DNA of 62,988 bases, filler included. It is 3 parts of 3 records of this genome, joined end to end, with 100 filler letters (N's around TTAATTAATTAA, not from the genome) between each part and the next. Parts side by side here need not be neighbours in the genome. Positions count along the whole stretch, not along the records: positions 1 to 26,805 come from SRR22947727_5745; 2 more parts are not named here. One strand, 5' to 3'. The notes beneath the pieces were generated by a model. That model saw only the letters and a program-made list of their open reading frames with translations, was not told where the DNA came from and did no database searches. Both the position numbers and the translations under genes were made by a program. Positions 12,545 through 22,102 of the stretch are shown piece by piece. Position 1 is the stretch's first letter; every line of letters starts with the position of its first letter.

Positions 12545-13714
12545 ATGGGCTTTTCATCAGAAATCGACTCCACAAATTCAGATGTTAGAGAGGAAGTTCA
12601 AAAAAGATATGGCGAAGGTGCTAAAGAAGTAGAAGACGCATTGTGTTGCCCAATTGATTATGATCCTAAATATTTAAAGATAATTCCAAAAGAGGTATTA
12701 GATCGCGATTATGGTTGTGGAGATCCATCAAGATATGTTCGTAGTGGAGACGTAGTTTTAGACTTGGGTTCAGGTGGAGGTAAAATTTGTTTTATTGCTT
12801 CCCAAATAGTTGGTCCTACGGGCAAAGTCATAGGCATAGATATGACTGACGATATGCTCTCTTTGGCGCGTGCTAATGCCCCTTTAATTGCAGAGACCTT
12901 GGGATATGCCAATGTTGAGTTTAAACGTGGTCACATAGAGGATTTAAAATTAGATCTGGATATTTTAAATAATTGGCTGAGTAAAAATCCTGTAAAAAAT
13001 TCAAATGATTTAGAAAAGCTAGAAGCCCAAATATTGAAGATTAAGTCTGAATTAACAATGGTTCCTGATAATTCTATAGATGTAATTGTTTCTAATTGTG
13101 TATTAAACCTTGTTTCGGATACAAAAAAGAAACAGTTATTCCAAGAAATGTTTCGTGTTCTTAAGGTCGGTGGGCGTGTTGCTGTTTCTGATATTGTTTC
13201 CGATGAAGAAAGCCCACAGAATTTGAAGGACGACTCTCGATTGTGGTCGGGCTGTATATCAGGTGCTCTTACTGAAATGGGATTTATTTCAGCTTTAGAG
13301 GAGGCTGGTTTTTATGGAATAAAACTTGATAAGTTTGATGTTGAACCATGGCAAGTTGTCGAAGGAATTGAATATAGAAGCGCTACTTATCTTGCTTACA
13401 AGGGTAATCATGATGTTTGTTTGGAGAAAAACCAAGCTTTAATTTATAAAGGTCCATGGCTTTCTGTCGAGGATGATGATGGCCATTCTTTTATAAGAGG
13501 AGTGAGATCTGCGGTTTGCGAAAAAACCTTCGACCTTATGCAACAGGAACCTTACAAAGATATGTTTTATAAAGTTGAACCTAATATCAAAGTAGAGGAC
13601 TCAGTTGAATGGACATCCAGTAATTGTGAACTACGCTTAAGAGAGCCACAGGAAACAAAAAAAGGAACTCCAAAAACCACCATTAACCCAAATCAAAAAA
13701 GCGGTTGTTGTTGA
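12545..13714 (+). CDS. Arsenite S-adenosylmethionine methyltransferase-like protein (ArsM/AS3MT family)
   Basis: LCC, DYGCGDP, VLDLGSGGG (SAM motif I), SNCVLNL, WSGCISGA and terminal CC. Confidence 0.8.
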   Translation: MGFSSEIDSTNSDVREEVQKRYGEGAKEVEDALCCPIDYDPKYLKIIPKEVLDRDYGCGDPSRYVRSGDVVLDLGSGGGKICFIASQIVGPTGKVIGIDMTDDMLSLARANAPLIAETLGYANVEFKRGHIEDLKLDLDILNNWLSKNPVKNSNDLEKLEAQILKIKSELTMVPDNSIDVIVSNCVLNLVSDTKKKQLFQEMFRVLKVGGRVAVSDIVSDEESPQNLKDDSRLWSGCISGALTEMGFISALEEAGFYGIKLDKFDVEPWQVVEGIEYRSATYLAYKGNHDVCLEKNQALIYKGPWLSVEDDDGHSFIRGVRSAVCEKTFDLMQQEPYKDMFYKVEPNIKVEDSVEWTSSNCELRLREPQETKKGTPKTTINPNQKSGCC

Positions 13715-13868
13715 TAGAGCGTAGGCTATTTTTAAAGCTTTATCTTTATGCTTATCATACGTAAGTTGTTCAAGTTTATTCACGATACTCAGGTTATAAG
13801 GCAAGTTTGAAGAATGATATCCTGAACTTCATAATTAATCTGTATAAAAATAGAAATCTTTGTTATTT

Positions 13869-14654
13869 ATGACTTATATTCTTTATCAAGTTGATGCATT
13901 TTCAAATAAATTATTTGGAGGTAACCCAGCTGGGGTAATGGTTGTAGATAGTTTTTTTAGTACGAAAACAATGCAAAAAATTGCTAAAGAGAATAATCTT
14001 TCTGAAACAGCATTTGTAGTAAAACAGGGTAATATTTTTGATTTACGATGGTTTACCCCCTCAGTTGAAGTTGATTTTTGTGGTCACGCCACTATTTCTA
14101 CTGCGCATATTTTATATAATGAGTATGGGCTTAAGCCTCCATACGTCTTTAATTCTAAGATAGGAAAACTTAGTGTTAGCATTCTTAAGGACCGATATGT
14201 GTTAAATGCTCCCATTCCAAAAATCAGACCTCTAAAAATAACAAAAAATTTTGGAGATGTATTTAATAGTGATCCCATAGATTCTTTTAAAGCAGGAAAA
14301 GATATATATTTTGTTTTTGATAATTGTGATGAAGTAATTAATTACAAACTAAATATATCAAAAATTAGCAATCTCTCAAAACATGGAGTCGGCATAACAG
14401 CAAGATATTCTGATGGATATGATTTTATATCAAGATTTTTTGCACCAAATGAAGGTATTGCAGAGGACCCAGTTACTGGTTCTGCACACGCGGCTTTAGG
14501 AAGTTACTGGAGTAAAGCTATTGGAGTAAGTAAACTAAAAGCTTATCAAGCATCAGATCGCGGAGGGATTTTATGGCTTGAAGTTTTTGATAATCGTATA
14601 AATATAATAGGGCATGCAATTACGTATATGAGAGCCGAAATAAAGATTACTTAA
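13869..14654 (+). CDS. PhzF family isomerase/epimerase
   Basis: VDAF...GGNPAGV, NLSETAF, RWFTPSVEVDFCGHAT, EDPVTGSAH; ATG 13869 preferred. Confidence 0.93.
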   Translation: MTYILYQVDAFSNKLFGGNPAGVMVVDSFFSTKTMQKIAKENNLSETAFVVKQGNIFDLRWFTPSVEVDFCGHATISTAHILYNEYGLKPPYVFNSKIGKLSVSILKDRYVLNAPIPKIRPLKITKNFGDVFNSDPIDSFKAGKDIYFVFDNCDEVINYKLNISKISNLSKHGVGITARYSDGYDFISRFFAPNEGIAEDPVTGSAHAALGSYWSKAIGVSKLKAYQASDRGGILWLEVFDNRINIIGHAITYMRAEIKIT

Positions 14655-15849
14655 AAAGACTAGGCCCTGTTTTCAATGGGAGTACATCAATAAGATCATT
14701 TTTCTCTTTTTTTGCTTCATTCGGCTTTAACCTTATAAGAACATTTGAGTTTACAAATGGCACTAAAAGTGAACTGTCTTGTTTAGGCATTGGAGATACC
14801 TCTAATTGACCTGCATCATTAAACTTTGCAAGGCCCCTAAGAAATGTTTCTCTTTGTGAGTTTGGTGATATAGATGTGTTGAGTTTCGCCTTTAAATAAG
14901 ATGGATGATTTTCCTGAACAATTAGAGTTTTTAAAAAAATATGAGCGCATACAATCGCTGAAGCTGGATTTCCTGGTAAGCCTAAAACTAATTTTTTATC
15001 CATTTTTCCAAACCATACTGGTTTTCCAGGACGGACAGCAACTTTTTCAAATATTGATAAGAATCCACATTTTTCAAATGCAATTCGCATAAAATCTAAA
15101 TCGCCTACCGAGGCACCTCCAATTGGAACGATTATATCAGCATTGTTTATGCTTTTAATTTTACTGATAATGTCTGCAACATTGTCTTTAGCAATTCCAA
15201 CATCAATAATATCTGCATTCCATTTATTTAATAAAGCTGAAAGACAATGAGAGTTTGAGTTAATAATATCACCAGAAGATAGCGTGCTTCCTGGTTCTTT
15301 TAGTTCATCGCCATTCGAGATTAAAGCAATTGTGAGTTTTCTATATATTTTTAAATATTTAAAATTTGCTGCAGCAGCTAAACCAATATGCATAGCGTCA
15401 AGGCGTGTTCCTTTTTTTATTAATATTTCTCCTTGAGTAAAATCAATTCCTTTTTTCCTGATATGTCTGGGGTAAACTTCGTTTTCTGAAATTATGATTT
15501 GATTTTTTTCTTTTATAACATTTTCTTGGATAACGATATGATCTGCATCCTTAGGAACAATTCCACCAGTATAGATTCTAATTGTTTCATTGGCATTCAT
15601 AACACCCTTAAATGGGTTGCCTGCGGCTGATACCCCTTTTACCTTTAGTTTTAATGCTCCATTCTTTATATCTGATACTCTAACAGCATATCCATCCATA
15701 GCTGATACTGGAAATGGTGGTAAGGTAATCTTTGAAATTAAATCTTCGGCCAAAATATTACCCACAGCTTTTTTAAGCTCTACCGTACGCACATCTAGTT
15801 CGAAACGATTTTTAATTAAAATACTTAAAGCTTTTGAAACAGAGATCAT
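14647..15849 (-). CDS. moeA: Molybdopterin molybdotransferase MoeA
   Basis: SAMDGYA, IYTGG, GDEL, GGASVGD, RPGKP, GLPGNP; start at MISVSKAL (15849) preferred over 15885. Confidence 0.95.
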   Translation of the reverse strand: MISVSKALSILIKNRFELDVRTVELKKAVGNILAEDLISKITLPPFPVSAMDGYAVRVSDIKNGALKLKVKGVSAAGNPFKGVMNANETIRIYTGGIVPKDADHIVIQENVIKEKNQIIISENEVYPRHIRKKGIDFTQGEILIKKGTRLDAMHIGLAAAANFKYLKIYRKLTIALISNGDELKEPGSTLSSGDIINSNSHCLSALLNKWNADIIDVGIAKDNVADIISKIKSINNADIIVPIGGASVGDLDFMRIAFEKCGFLSIFEKVAVRPGKPVWFGKMDKKLVLGLPGNPASAIVCAHIFLKTLIVQENHPSYLKAKLNTSISPNSQRETFLRGLAKFNDAGQLEVSPMPKQDSSLLVPFVNSNVLIRLKPNEAKKEKNDLIDVLPLKTGPSLFK

Positions 15850-15891
15850 ATACATATGGATATATGTAACTTTCTGTTTTACCAAGTAATA

Positions 15892-16764
15892 ATGAGTCTA
15901 AAATACCACCACGCGTACGATGTTTTAAAATTTGTTTATAATGAAACAGATTCATGCGCATTAGTTTGTGTAAAAAGCGTAAGCGGTGGTTCTATGAGAT
16001 CAGTAGGTTCACTTATGGCTGTCAAGTTTGATGGTGATTGTGCAGGTTATATTTCTAACGGTTGTATTGATGCAGATATTGTATACCAATCTAAGTCTGC
16101 AATATCTGAAAATAAAGTACGTATCATCAAATATGGAAAACACTCTGAATATAAGGATATTAAACTTCCCTGTGGCGGGTCCATTGAATTAATAATTATA
16201 CCCAATCCAAATAAAAAAATTTTAGGTGAAGCAATGGAAGCATTGAAAAGCCGTAAAGAATTCATTCTCAAGTTAAATGGGTATAAACATAAATATAGTC
16301 CTAAATTACAGCTTAAACTTTTTGGACGCGATCAGGCTTTGTACTCTTTAGCTTCACTTGCATTAGAGGTGGGCTTTGAAGTACATATCCATTCTCAAGA
16401 TCAAAGTATTACTAATGAGCTTAAATTTTCATCTTTTACGCATTTATCTAATCCTGAAAATCCTGTAATTACCATTGATGATAATTGGACTGCTGTAGTT
16501 TTATTATTCCATGACCACGACTGGGAGATTAATATTTTAAAACAAGTAGCAGCGGGTGATGCCTTTTACATAGGTGCAATGGGTAGTGTGCAAACCCATA
16601 AATTGCGATTGGAAAATCTTAGTAGTGTAGGAGTTTCTTTATCCGATATCTCAAAAATTAAAGGGCCAATTGGTCTTATCCCCTCAATGCGCGATACTAA
16701 TTTTTTAGCTTTGTCAACATTGGCTGAGATTGTCAAAGTTGCAAAAGACAAAAATTTATTATGA
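15892..16764 (+). CDS. xdhC: XdhC/CoxI family molybdenum cofactor sulfuration/insertion chaperone
   Basis: GYISNGCID, LPCGG, FHDHDWE, FYIGAMGS, GPIGL; start uncertain (15856 or 15892). Confidence 0.9.
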   Translation: MSLKYHHAYDVLKFVYNETDSCALVCVKSVSGGSMRSVGSLMAVKFDGDCAGYISNGCIDADIVYQSKSAISENKVRIIKYGKHSEYKDIKLPCGGSIELIIIPNPNKKILGEAMEALKSRKEFILKLNGYKHKYSPKLQLKLFGRDQALYSLASLALEVGFEVHIHSQDQSITNELKFSSFTHLSNPENPVITIDDNWTAVVLLFHDHDWEINILKQVAAGDAFYIGAMGSVQTHKLRLENLSSVGVSLSDISKIKGPIGLIPSMRDTNFLALSTLAEIVKVAKDKNLL

Positions 16765-17339
16765 GAGAGCCGGATATTGCATTAGTAATATTAGCCAGCG
16801 GTCTATCCAAAAGATTTGGAATAAATAATAAACTGATAGCCTCTTTCAAAGGAAAGCCTCTTATTCAGCACATAATCGATAGTTGTAAGCCTATGAACTT
16901 TGGGGGGCGTTTTGCAGTCATACCTTCGAGATCATGTGCACTCCGTGATTTGTTATTAGATAATGACTTCACTTTAATTGAAAATGATAAACCTTTATTA
17001 GGTAGGGTGCATTCAATAAAGTTAGCAGCACAATTTATTAAAAAAAAGAGATATCAAAACATGTGTTTAGTTCTGGGGGATATGCCTTTTGTGAAGACTT
17101 CGGATTTAAAAAATATAATTCAAAATATAGGTGACAACGATAAAGCCATATGTTGTTATAAAAACACATTAATGCCTCCAGCAATTTTTCGAAATAATGT
17201 TATTAACACACTAATAACTTCACACTATCAATTTTCTCCAAAGGCATTGTTCAAACATGAAAATTACTATAAATATAATATATTAAAAAAAACTGCTCTA
17301 GATATAGATACTATAAAAGAGTTACGGGAGCTTTCATGA
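16761..17339 (+). CDS. mocA: Molybdenum cofactor cytidylyltransferase-like nucleotidyltransferase
   Basis: LASGLSKRFG..NKL, LGDMPFV, PPAIF, DIDT; follows xdhC. Confidence 0.8.
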   Translation: MREPDIALVILASGLSKRFGINNKLIASFKGKPLIQHIIDSCKPMNFGGRFAVIPSRSCALRDLLLDNDFTLIENDKPLLGRVHSIKLAAQFIKKKRYQNMCLVLGDMPFVKTSDLKNIIQNIGDNDKAICCYKNTLMPPAIFRNNVINTLITSHYQFSPKALFKHENYYKYNILKKTALDIDTIKELRELS

Positions 17340-17581
17340 TTAAAATTCTATTCTTTGGAAGCCTCGGTGATGCATCTCCCACTTTGGAGGTTGCCATGCC
17401 TTCAAGTGTATCTACTTTTGAAGGCCTTACTCTATGGCTTTCTAAGAACAAAGGTATTCCAGAGAAGCTCCTTTTAAAGAAAGGAAATAGGGTTGCAGTA
17501 AATAAAAAGATAATATCAGGAAATGTTCCATTGAAGGATGGTGATGAAATCGCTTTCATGTCACCTCTTAGTGGGGGCTGA
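17336..17581 (+). CDS. moaD: Molybdopterin synthase sulfur carrier subunit
   Basis: IKILFFG, VAVN, GDEIAF, C-terminal GG; upstream of moaE. Confidence 0.93.
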   Translation: MIKILFFGSLGDASPTLEVAMPSSVSTFEGLTLWLSKNKGIPEKLLLKKGNRVAVNKKIISGNVPLKDGDEIAFMSPLSGG

Positions 17582-17583
17582 AT

Positions 17584-18030
17584 GTGGGTATTTTAAGAGT
17601 ATCTACCTCAGAATTAAATCCTGAGATAGAGCACAGATCTTTTCGTGATGAAGTTAATGGTGTAGGGGCAATTGTCGCTTTTACAGGTATAGTGCGTGGA
17701 GACGATCCTGAACTTACCTTAACTTTATCGCATTATGCAGGATTTACAGAGAAGCAAATTATTAAAATAGCCACTAATGCTGAAAAACGGTGGAGTATTA
17801 CAAATTGGAGAATCATTCACCGTGTTGGCATTATGTTGCCTAATGAGCCTATTGTTTTTGTCGCAACATCTAGTCGTCACCGCCGAGACTCTTTTGAATC
17901 TGCAGATTTTTTGATGGATTACTTGAAGTCAGAAGCCCCATTTTGGAAGTCTGAAAAATCTTCAGGACAAGTAAGATGGATAGAACCTAGGGTTCAAGAT
18001 TTTAAAGATAAAAAAAGATGGGAAGAGTGA
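17584..18030 (+). CDS. moaE: Molybdopterin synthase catalytic subunit
   Basis: GAIVAFTGIVR, IHRVG, HRRDSF, LKSEAPFWKSE. Confidence 0.95.
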   Translation: MGILRVSTSELNPEIEHRSFRDEVNGVGAIVAFTGIVRGDDPELTLTLSHYAGFTEKQIIKIATNAEKRWSITNWRIIHRVGIMLPNEPIVFVATSSRHRRDSFESADFLMDYLKSEAPFWKSEKSSGQVRWIEPRVQDFKDKKRWEE

Positions 18031-18560
18031 TGATAGGTATAGATATAAATTTAGAGTTTAAGCCAGTAAAAATAGCTATTTTGACAATCTCTGATACTCG
18101 AACAGTACTTACAGATACATCGGGGGATATTTTAGAGTCGAAAATTAAATTATCAGGACATGAAATAGCATCAAGATCTATTAAAACAGATACTGTGGAT
18201 GGTGTAAGGGATCAAATTAGTTTTTGGGTAAATGATCCTAAAGTTGACGTTATAATTACAACAGGAGGAACTGGTTTAACTGGGCGTGATGTAACAGTGG
18301 AGGCTATATCACCAATGTTTGATAAAGTAATTGATGGATTCTCAGTTATTTTTCATCAAGAGAGTTTCAAGTCTATTGGTCTGTCGACTTTGCAATCTAG
18401 GGCCTGTGCTGGAATTGCAAAAGGAACAATAATATTTTGTCTTCCAGGGTCAAATGGGGCTGTAAAAGATGGATGGGATAGAGTAATTTCTGCACAGTTG
18501 GATAGTAGGCATCGTCCCTGCAATATGATAGATTTAATGCCTCGTTTTGGAGAAATTTAA
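18030..18560 (+). CDS. moaB: Molybdenum cofactor biosynthesis protein B
   Basis: LTISDTR, DTSG, TTGGTGLTGRDVT, QSRA, LPGS, LDSRHRPCN; start 18018 or 18030. Confidence 0.95.
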   Translation: MIGIDINLEFKPVKIAILTISDTRTVLTDTSGDILESKIKLSGHEIASRSIKTDTVDGVRDQISFWVNDPKVDVIITTGGTGLTGRDVTVEAISPMFDKVIDGFSVIFHQESFKSIGLSTLQSRACAGIAKGTIIFCLPGSNGAVKDGWDRVISAQLDSRHRPCNMIDLMPRFGEI

Positions 18561-19033
18561 TGTCTAAGTTAACTCATTTTGATGAAACAGGGCGTCCAGT
18601 TATGGTTGATGTATCAAGCAAGGATATAACTTCCAGAATTGCAGTTGCTAAAGGTAAGGTGCGAATGTCAATGGACACCTTGATGTCAGTAAAAGAGCAA
18701 AAAAATAAAAAAGGTAATGTTGAACAAGTGGCTGAACTGGCTGGAATTATGGCAGCAAAAAATACATCAAACTTAATTCCATTATGCCACCCAATACAAA
18801 TATCTAAAGTTAGCGTTCAAATTGACCATGATGATACTTTACCGGGATTGTCTATTTATGCAGAGGTGAAAACAGATGGTAAGACGGGAGTTGAAATGGA
18901 GGCGTTAACTGCTGTTTCAATATCGTGTTTGACTATATATGATATGCTTAAATCCAAAGATAAACACATGACTATTTTAGATATTCTTCTGGAAAGTAAA
19001 TCTGGCGGTAAGTCTGGGAATTGGAAGCGTTAA
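18560..19033 (+). CDS. moaC: Cyclic pyranopterin monophosphate synthase
   Basis: LTHFD, MVDVS, LIPLCH, TGVEMEAL, YDMLK, KSGGKSG. Confidence 0.97.
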   Translation: MSKLTHFDETGRPVMVDVSSKDITSRIAVAKGKVRMSMDTLMSVKEQKNKKGNVEQVAELAGIMAAKNTSNLIPLCHPIQISKVSVQIDHDDTLPGLSIYAEVKTDGKTGVEMEALTAVSISCLTIYDMLKSKDKHMTILDILLESKSGGKSGNWKR

Positions 19034-19878
19034 CAAATTAAAATGTCACTAACTTGTTTTAAGGTGATTTTAGCTTCTTTTGTTGGCATAATCATGTGTA
19101 TATGCGGCATATTTTTTATGGTTTTAAGTTTTGTTTTTGGGTTATTTTTAGAAAAGAGAACTATATCATTGTGAAGCAAGTCAAGATCTCCAGAAAATAT
19201 AGTGGTTTTTGGTAGCTTTAAGTTATTATGATATAATGGACTAATCATTGGATCTTTTAAACCTTTCTCATTTGCAAACCTAATAGCGGCTTTTTGTAAA
19301 TCTTCTTTGTTAAGTAATTGTTCAGATGGACTTTGTTTTAAGTCTGGGTTTTTTAATTCTAAGTCTACCCATGGCGACAATAATATGAGATTTCTGGGTT
19401 TTTTTAGGTTTGAGTTCATTATCCAATCAGTTAAGGTTATGGCAAGGTTGCCTCCAGCCGAGTCACCCATTATTATTATATTTTTAGGACTGTGTTGTTT
19501 GATTACATCAAGATAGCTACTTTTTACCCATTCATGTATTTCATAAGCATTAAAATTTGGCGGTAATGGGTATTCGGGAACAACTATTTTTACTTTTGAT
19601 AGTTTTGCTAGCTTTCCAATCATAGCAAAGTACAAAGAGTTAAGACCAAGAATGAAAGCTCCACCATGCAAATAATATACTAAAGTATTATTACCATCAT
19701 AAGTCCAGATACTGTGCTTTTTATGAAAAGATTTTTTAATTGAATACTTTGATTTAAACCAGAAACTTGGTTTTGAATCTGGTAGTCTTTTACGAGATAA
19801 AAAGTACCCCAATACTTTTTTTGTACCAATAGTTTTAAGTATAAATAAAAATATGCTATGAGAAATTGAAGTTTTCAT
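19030..19878 (-). CDS. Alpha/beta hydrolase, HSL-like esterase/lipase
   Basis: HGGAF oxyanion motif, GDSAGG nucleophile elbow, LSPW, C-terminal Asp and His. Confidence 0.9.
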   Translation of the reverse strand: MKTSISHSIFLFILKTIGTKKVLGYFLSRKRLPDSKPSFWFKSKYSIKKSFHKKHSIWTYDGNNTLVYYLHGGAFILGLNSLYFAMIGKLAKLSKVKIVVPEYPLPPNFNAYEIHEWVKSSYLDVIKQHSPKNIIIMGDSAGGNLAITLTDWIMNSNLKKPRNLILLSPWVDLELKNPDLKQSPSEQLLNKEDLQKAAIRFANEKGLKDPMISPLYHNNLKLPKTTIFSGDLDLLHNDIVLFSKNNPKTKLKTIKNMPHIHMIMPTKEAKITLKQVSDILIC

Positions 19879-19962
19879 ATTTTTAAACTCTGTGTACTAT
19901 TCAAATGCTTGCTTTTATACAGCAGGTGATTATATATGCAACAAATTGCATAGGAGATCAGA

Positions 19963-21141
19963 ATGCGCGAAGCAGTAATCGTTTCAACGGCTAGAACCCC
20001 AATCGGTAGAGCTTACAGAGGAGCTTTCAATAATACATGTTCTCCAACTTTAGCAGCTCATGCCATTTCACATGCTGTTAAGCGTGCAGGGCTGGAGGGG
20101 AATGAAATAGAAGATGTAATATTAGGTTCTGCTTTGCAGCAAGGATCCCAATCATCAAATGTGGCACGGATGGCAACTTTTAGGGCGGGTTTGCCTAATT
20201 CTGTTTCAGCAATGACAGTAGATCGACAATGTTCATCAGGTATGATGGCGATTGGTTTAGCAGCAAAACAGATATTGGTTGATAATATGGATATAGCTAT
20301 TGGAGGGGGCCTTGATTCAATTTCTAAAGTTCAAACGGCTGATATGAGAGTTGAAGCTGATCCAGAGCTTCATGCTATGCAACCGGCAGCTTATATGCCA
20401 ATGATTGATACTGCTGAAATAGTAGCTAAAAGATATAATGTTTCTCGAGAGGCTCAAGATAATTATGCTTTACAAAGCCAACAAAGAACGCATCAGGCGC
20501 AATTATCAAGAAAATTTGATGATGAGATAGTTCCAATGGATACTATTATGGCCGTTAAAAATAAAGAGACAGGTGAAATCTCTACTAATAAGGTTACATT
20601 AGAGAAAGATGAAGGCAATAGGCCGTCAACAAATATTGAGGGTTTGTCCAGCCTTAAACCTGTACGTGGTCCAGGCCATTTTATTACTGCAGGAAACGCT
20701 TCACAGTTATCAGATGGTGCCTCAGCTTCTGTATTAATGGAGGCAAAAGAAGCTTCAAAAAGAGGGCTTGAGCCTCTTGGTATTTATAGAGGCATGGCTG
20801 TCGCCGGATTAGCGCCTGACGAAATGGGGATTGGACCAGTATACGCAATTCCTAAACTATTAGAAAAAACTGGCCTCAAGATGGATGATATTGGCTTATG
20901 GGAATTAAATGAAGCATTTGCCGTGCAAGTCGTTTATTGCAGAGATAAATTAGGCATTCCAAATGAGATTATGAATGTAAATGGCGGTGCTATTTCGATA
21001 GGACACCCATATGGAATGTCCGGTGCTCGTATGGTTGCTCATGCCCTAATTGAGGGTAAACGCCGTGGTGCAAAATATGTTGTTAGCACTATGTGTGTTG
21101 GCGGTGGTATGGGTGCAGCTGGCTTATTTGAAGTTGTTTAA
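19963..21141 (+). CDS. Acetyl-CoA C-acyltransferase (thiolase)
   Basis: [30 protein letters not shown]. Confidence 0.96.
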   Translation: MREAVIVSTARTPIGRAYRGAFNNTCSPTLAAHAISHAVKRAGLEGNEIEDVILGSALQQGSQSSNVARMATFRAGLPNSVSAMTVDRQCSSGMMAIGLAAKQILVDNMDIAIGGGLDSISKVQTADMRVEADPELHAMQPAAYMPMIDTAEIVAKRYNVSREAQDNYALQSQQRTHQAQLSRKFDDEIVPMDTIMAVKNKETGEISTNKVTLEKDEGNRPSTNIEGLSSLKPVRGPGHFITAGNASQLSDGASASVLMEAKEASKRGLEPLGIYRGMAVAGLAPDEMGIGPVYAIPKLLEKTGLKMDDIGLWELNEAFAVQVVYCRDKLGIPNEIMNVNGGAISIGHPYGMSGARMVAHALIEGKRRGAKYVVSTMCVGGGMGAAGLFEVV

Positions 21142-21162
21142 GGTAAAGAGAGTATAACAATA

Positions 21163-22080
21163 ATGAGTAATATAAAATTTAATAACAGAGTTGCTATTGT
21201 TACAGGTGCTGGAGGTGGATTAGGCAGAAGTCATGCTATAGAGTTAGCCCGCCGTGGGGTAAAAGTGGTTGTTAACGACTTAGGTGGAAGTGTTTCAGGC
21301 GAGGGTGGCTCAGCTACTATGGCAGAAAAAGTGGTTGATGAAATTCGCCAGCTTGGAGGTACGGCAATGGCTAATGGAGCTAATGTAACAAACCCTCAGG
21401 AAGTCCAAGATATGGTTGGCTTAGTTATTGAAAAGTGGGGTCATATAGACATCCTCGTCAATAATGCTGGTATACTGCGTGATAAATCATTTACTAAAAT
21501 GGACTTGAATGACTTTCGATTAGTTATTGAGGTTCATCTAATGGGATCAGTAATTTGCACTAAAGCTGTCTGGGACCACATGAAAGAAAGAAAATATGGC
21601 CGCATTGTTATGACTACATCCTCCTCTGGAAATTATGGTAACTTTGGTCAAACTAACTATGGGGCGGCTAAGACAGGTGTTGTCGGTTTAATGAACACAC
21701 TTTGTTTAGAAGGAGCAAAATACGATATTCGTGTTAATGCACTTTCTCCAACGGCGGCAACTCGCATGACTGAAAGTTTGATGCCACAAGATGCATTAGA
21801 TTTATTAACAGTCGATAGTGTAACTGCTGGCTTAATTCCTCTAGTGTGCGATGATGCACCAAATCGATTAATTATGTGTGCAGGAGCTGGTGGATATGCT
21901 GCAACTAAAGTTTTTGAAACTCCAGGCATACATTTAGGGCCAAATGAGCAAACTGCTGAAAATGTTATGGCTAATCTGGATAAAATCTGTGATAGCTCTG
22001 ATCAAGAGGAATATACATCAGGTGGTCAGCAAACAATGAAGTTTGTAGGCAATGCTGCTGAAAACTTAGGTATTAGTTAA
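21163..22080 (+). CDS. SDR oxidoreductase, MFE-2-type 3-hydroxyacyl-CoA dehydrogenase-like
   Basis: TGAGGGLG, VVVNDLG, NNAGILRD, GNFGQTNYGAAK. Confidence 0.92.
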   Translation: MSNIKFNNRVAIVTGAGGGLGRSHAIELARRGVKVVVNDLGGSVSGEGGSATMAEKVVDEIRQLGGTAMANGANVTNPQEVQDMVGLVIEKWGHIDILVNNAGILRDKSFTKMDLNDFRLVIEVHLMGSVICTKAVWDHMKERKYGRIVMTTSSSGNYGNFGQTNYGAAKTGVVGLMNTLCLEGAKYDIRVNALSPTAATRMTESLMPQDALDLLTVDSVTAGLIPLVCDDAPNRLIMCAGAGGYAATKVFETPGIHLGPNEQTAENVMANLDKICDSSDQEEYTSGGQQTMKFVGNAAENLGIS

Positions 22081-22102
22081 GAGCAAGCTATAAGCTTTAA
22101 AT

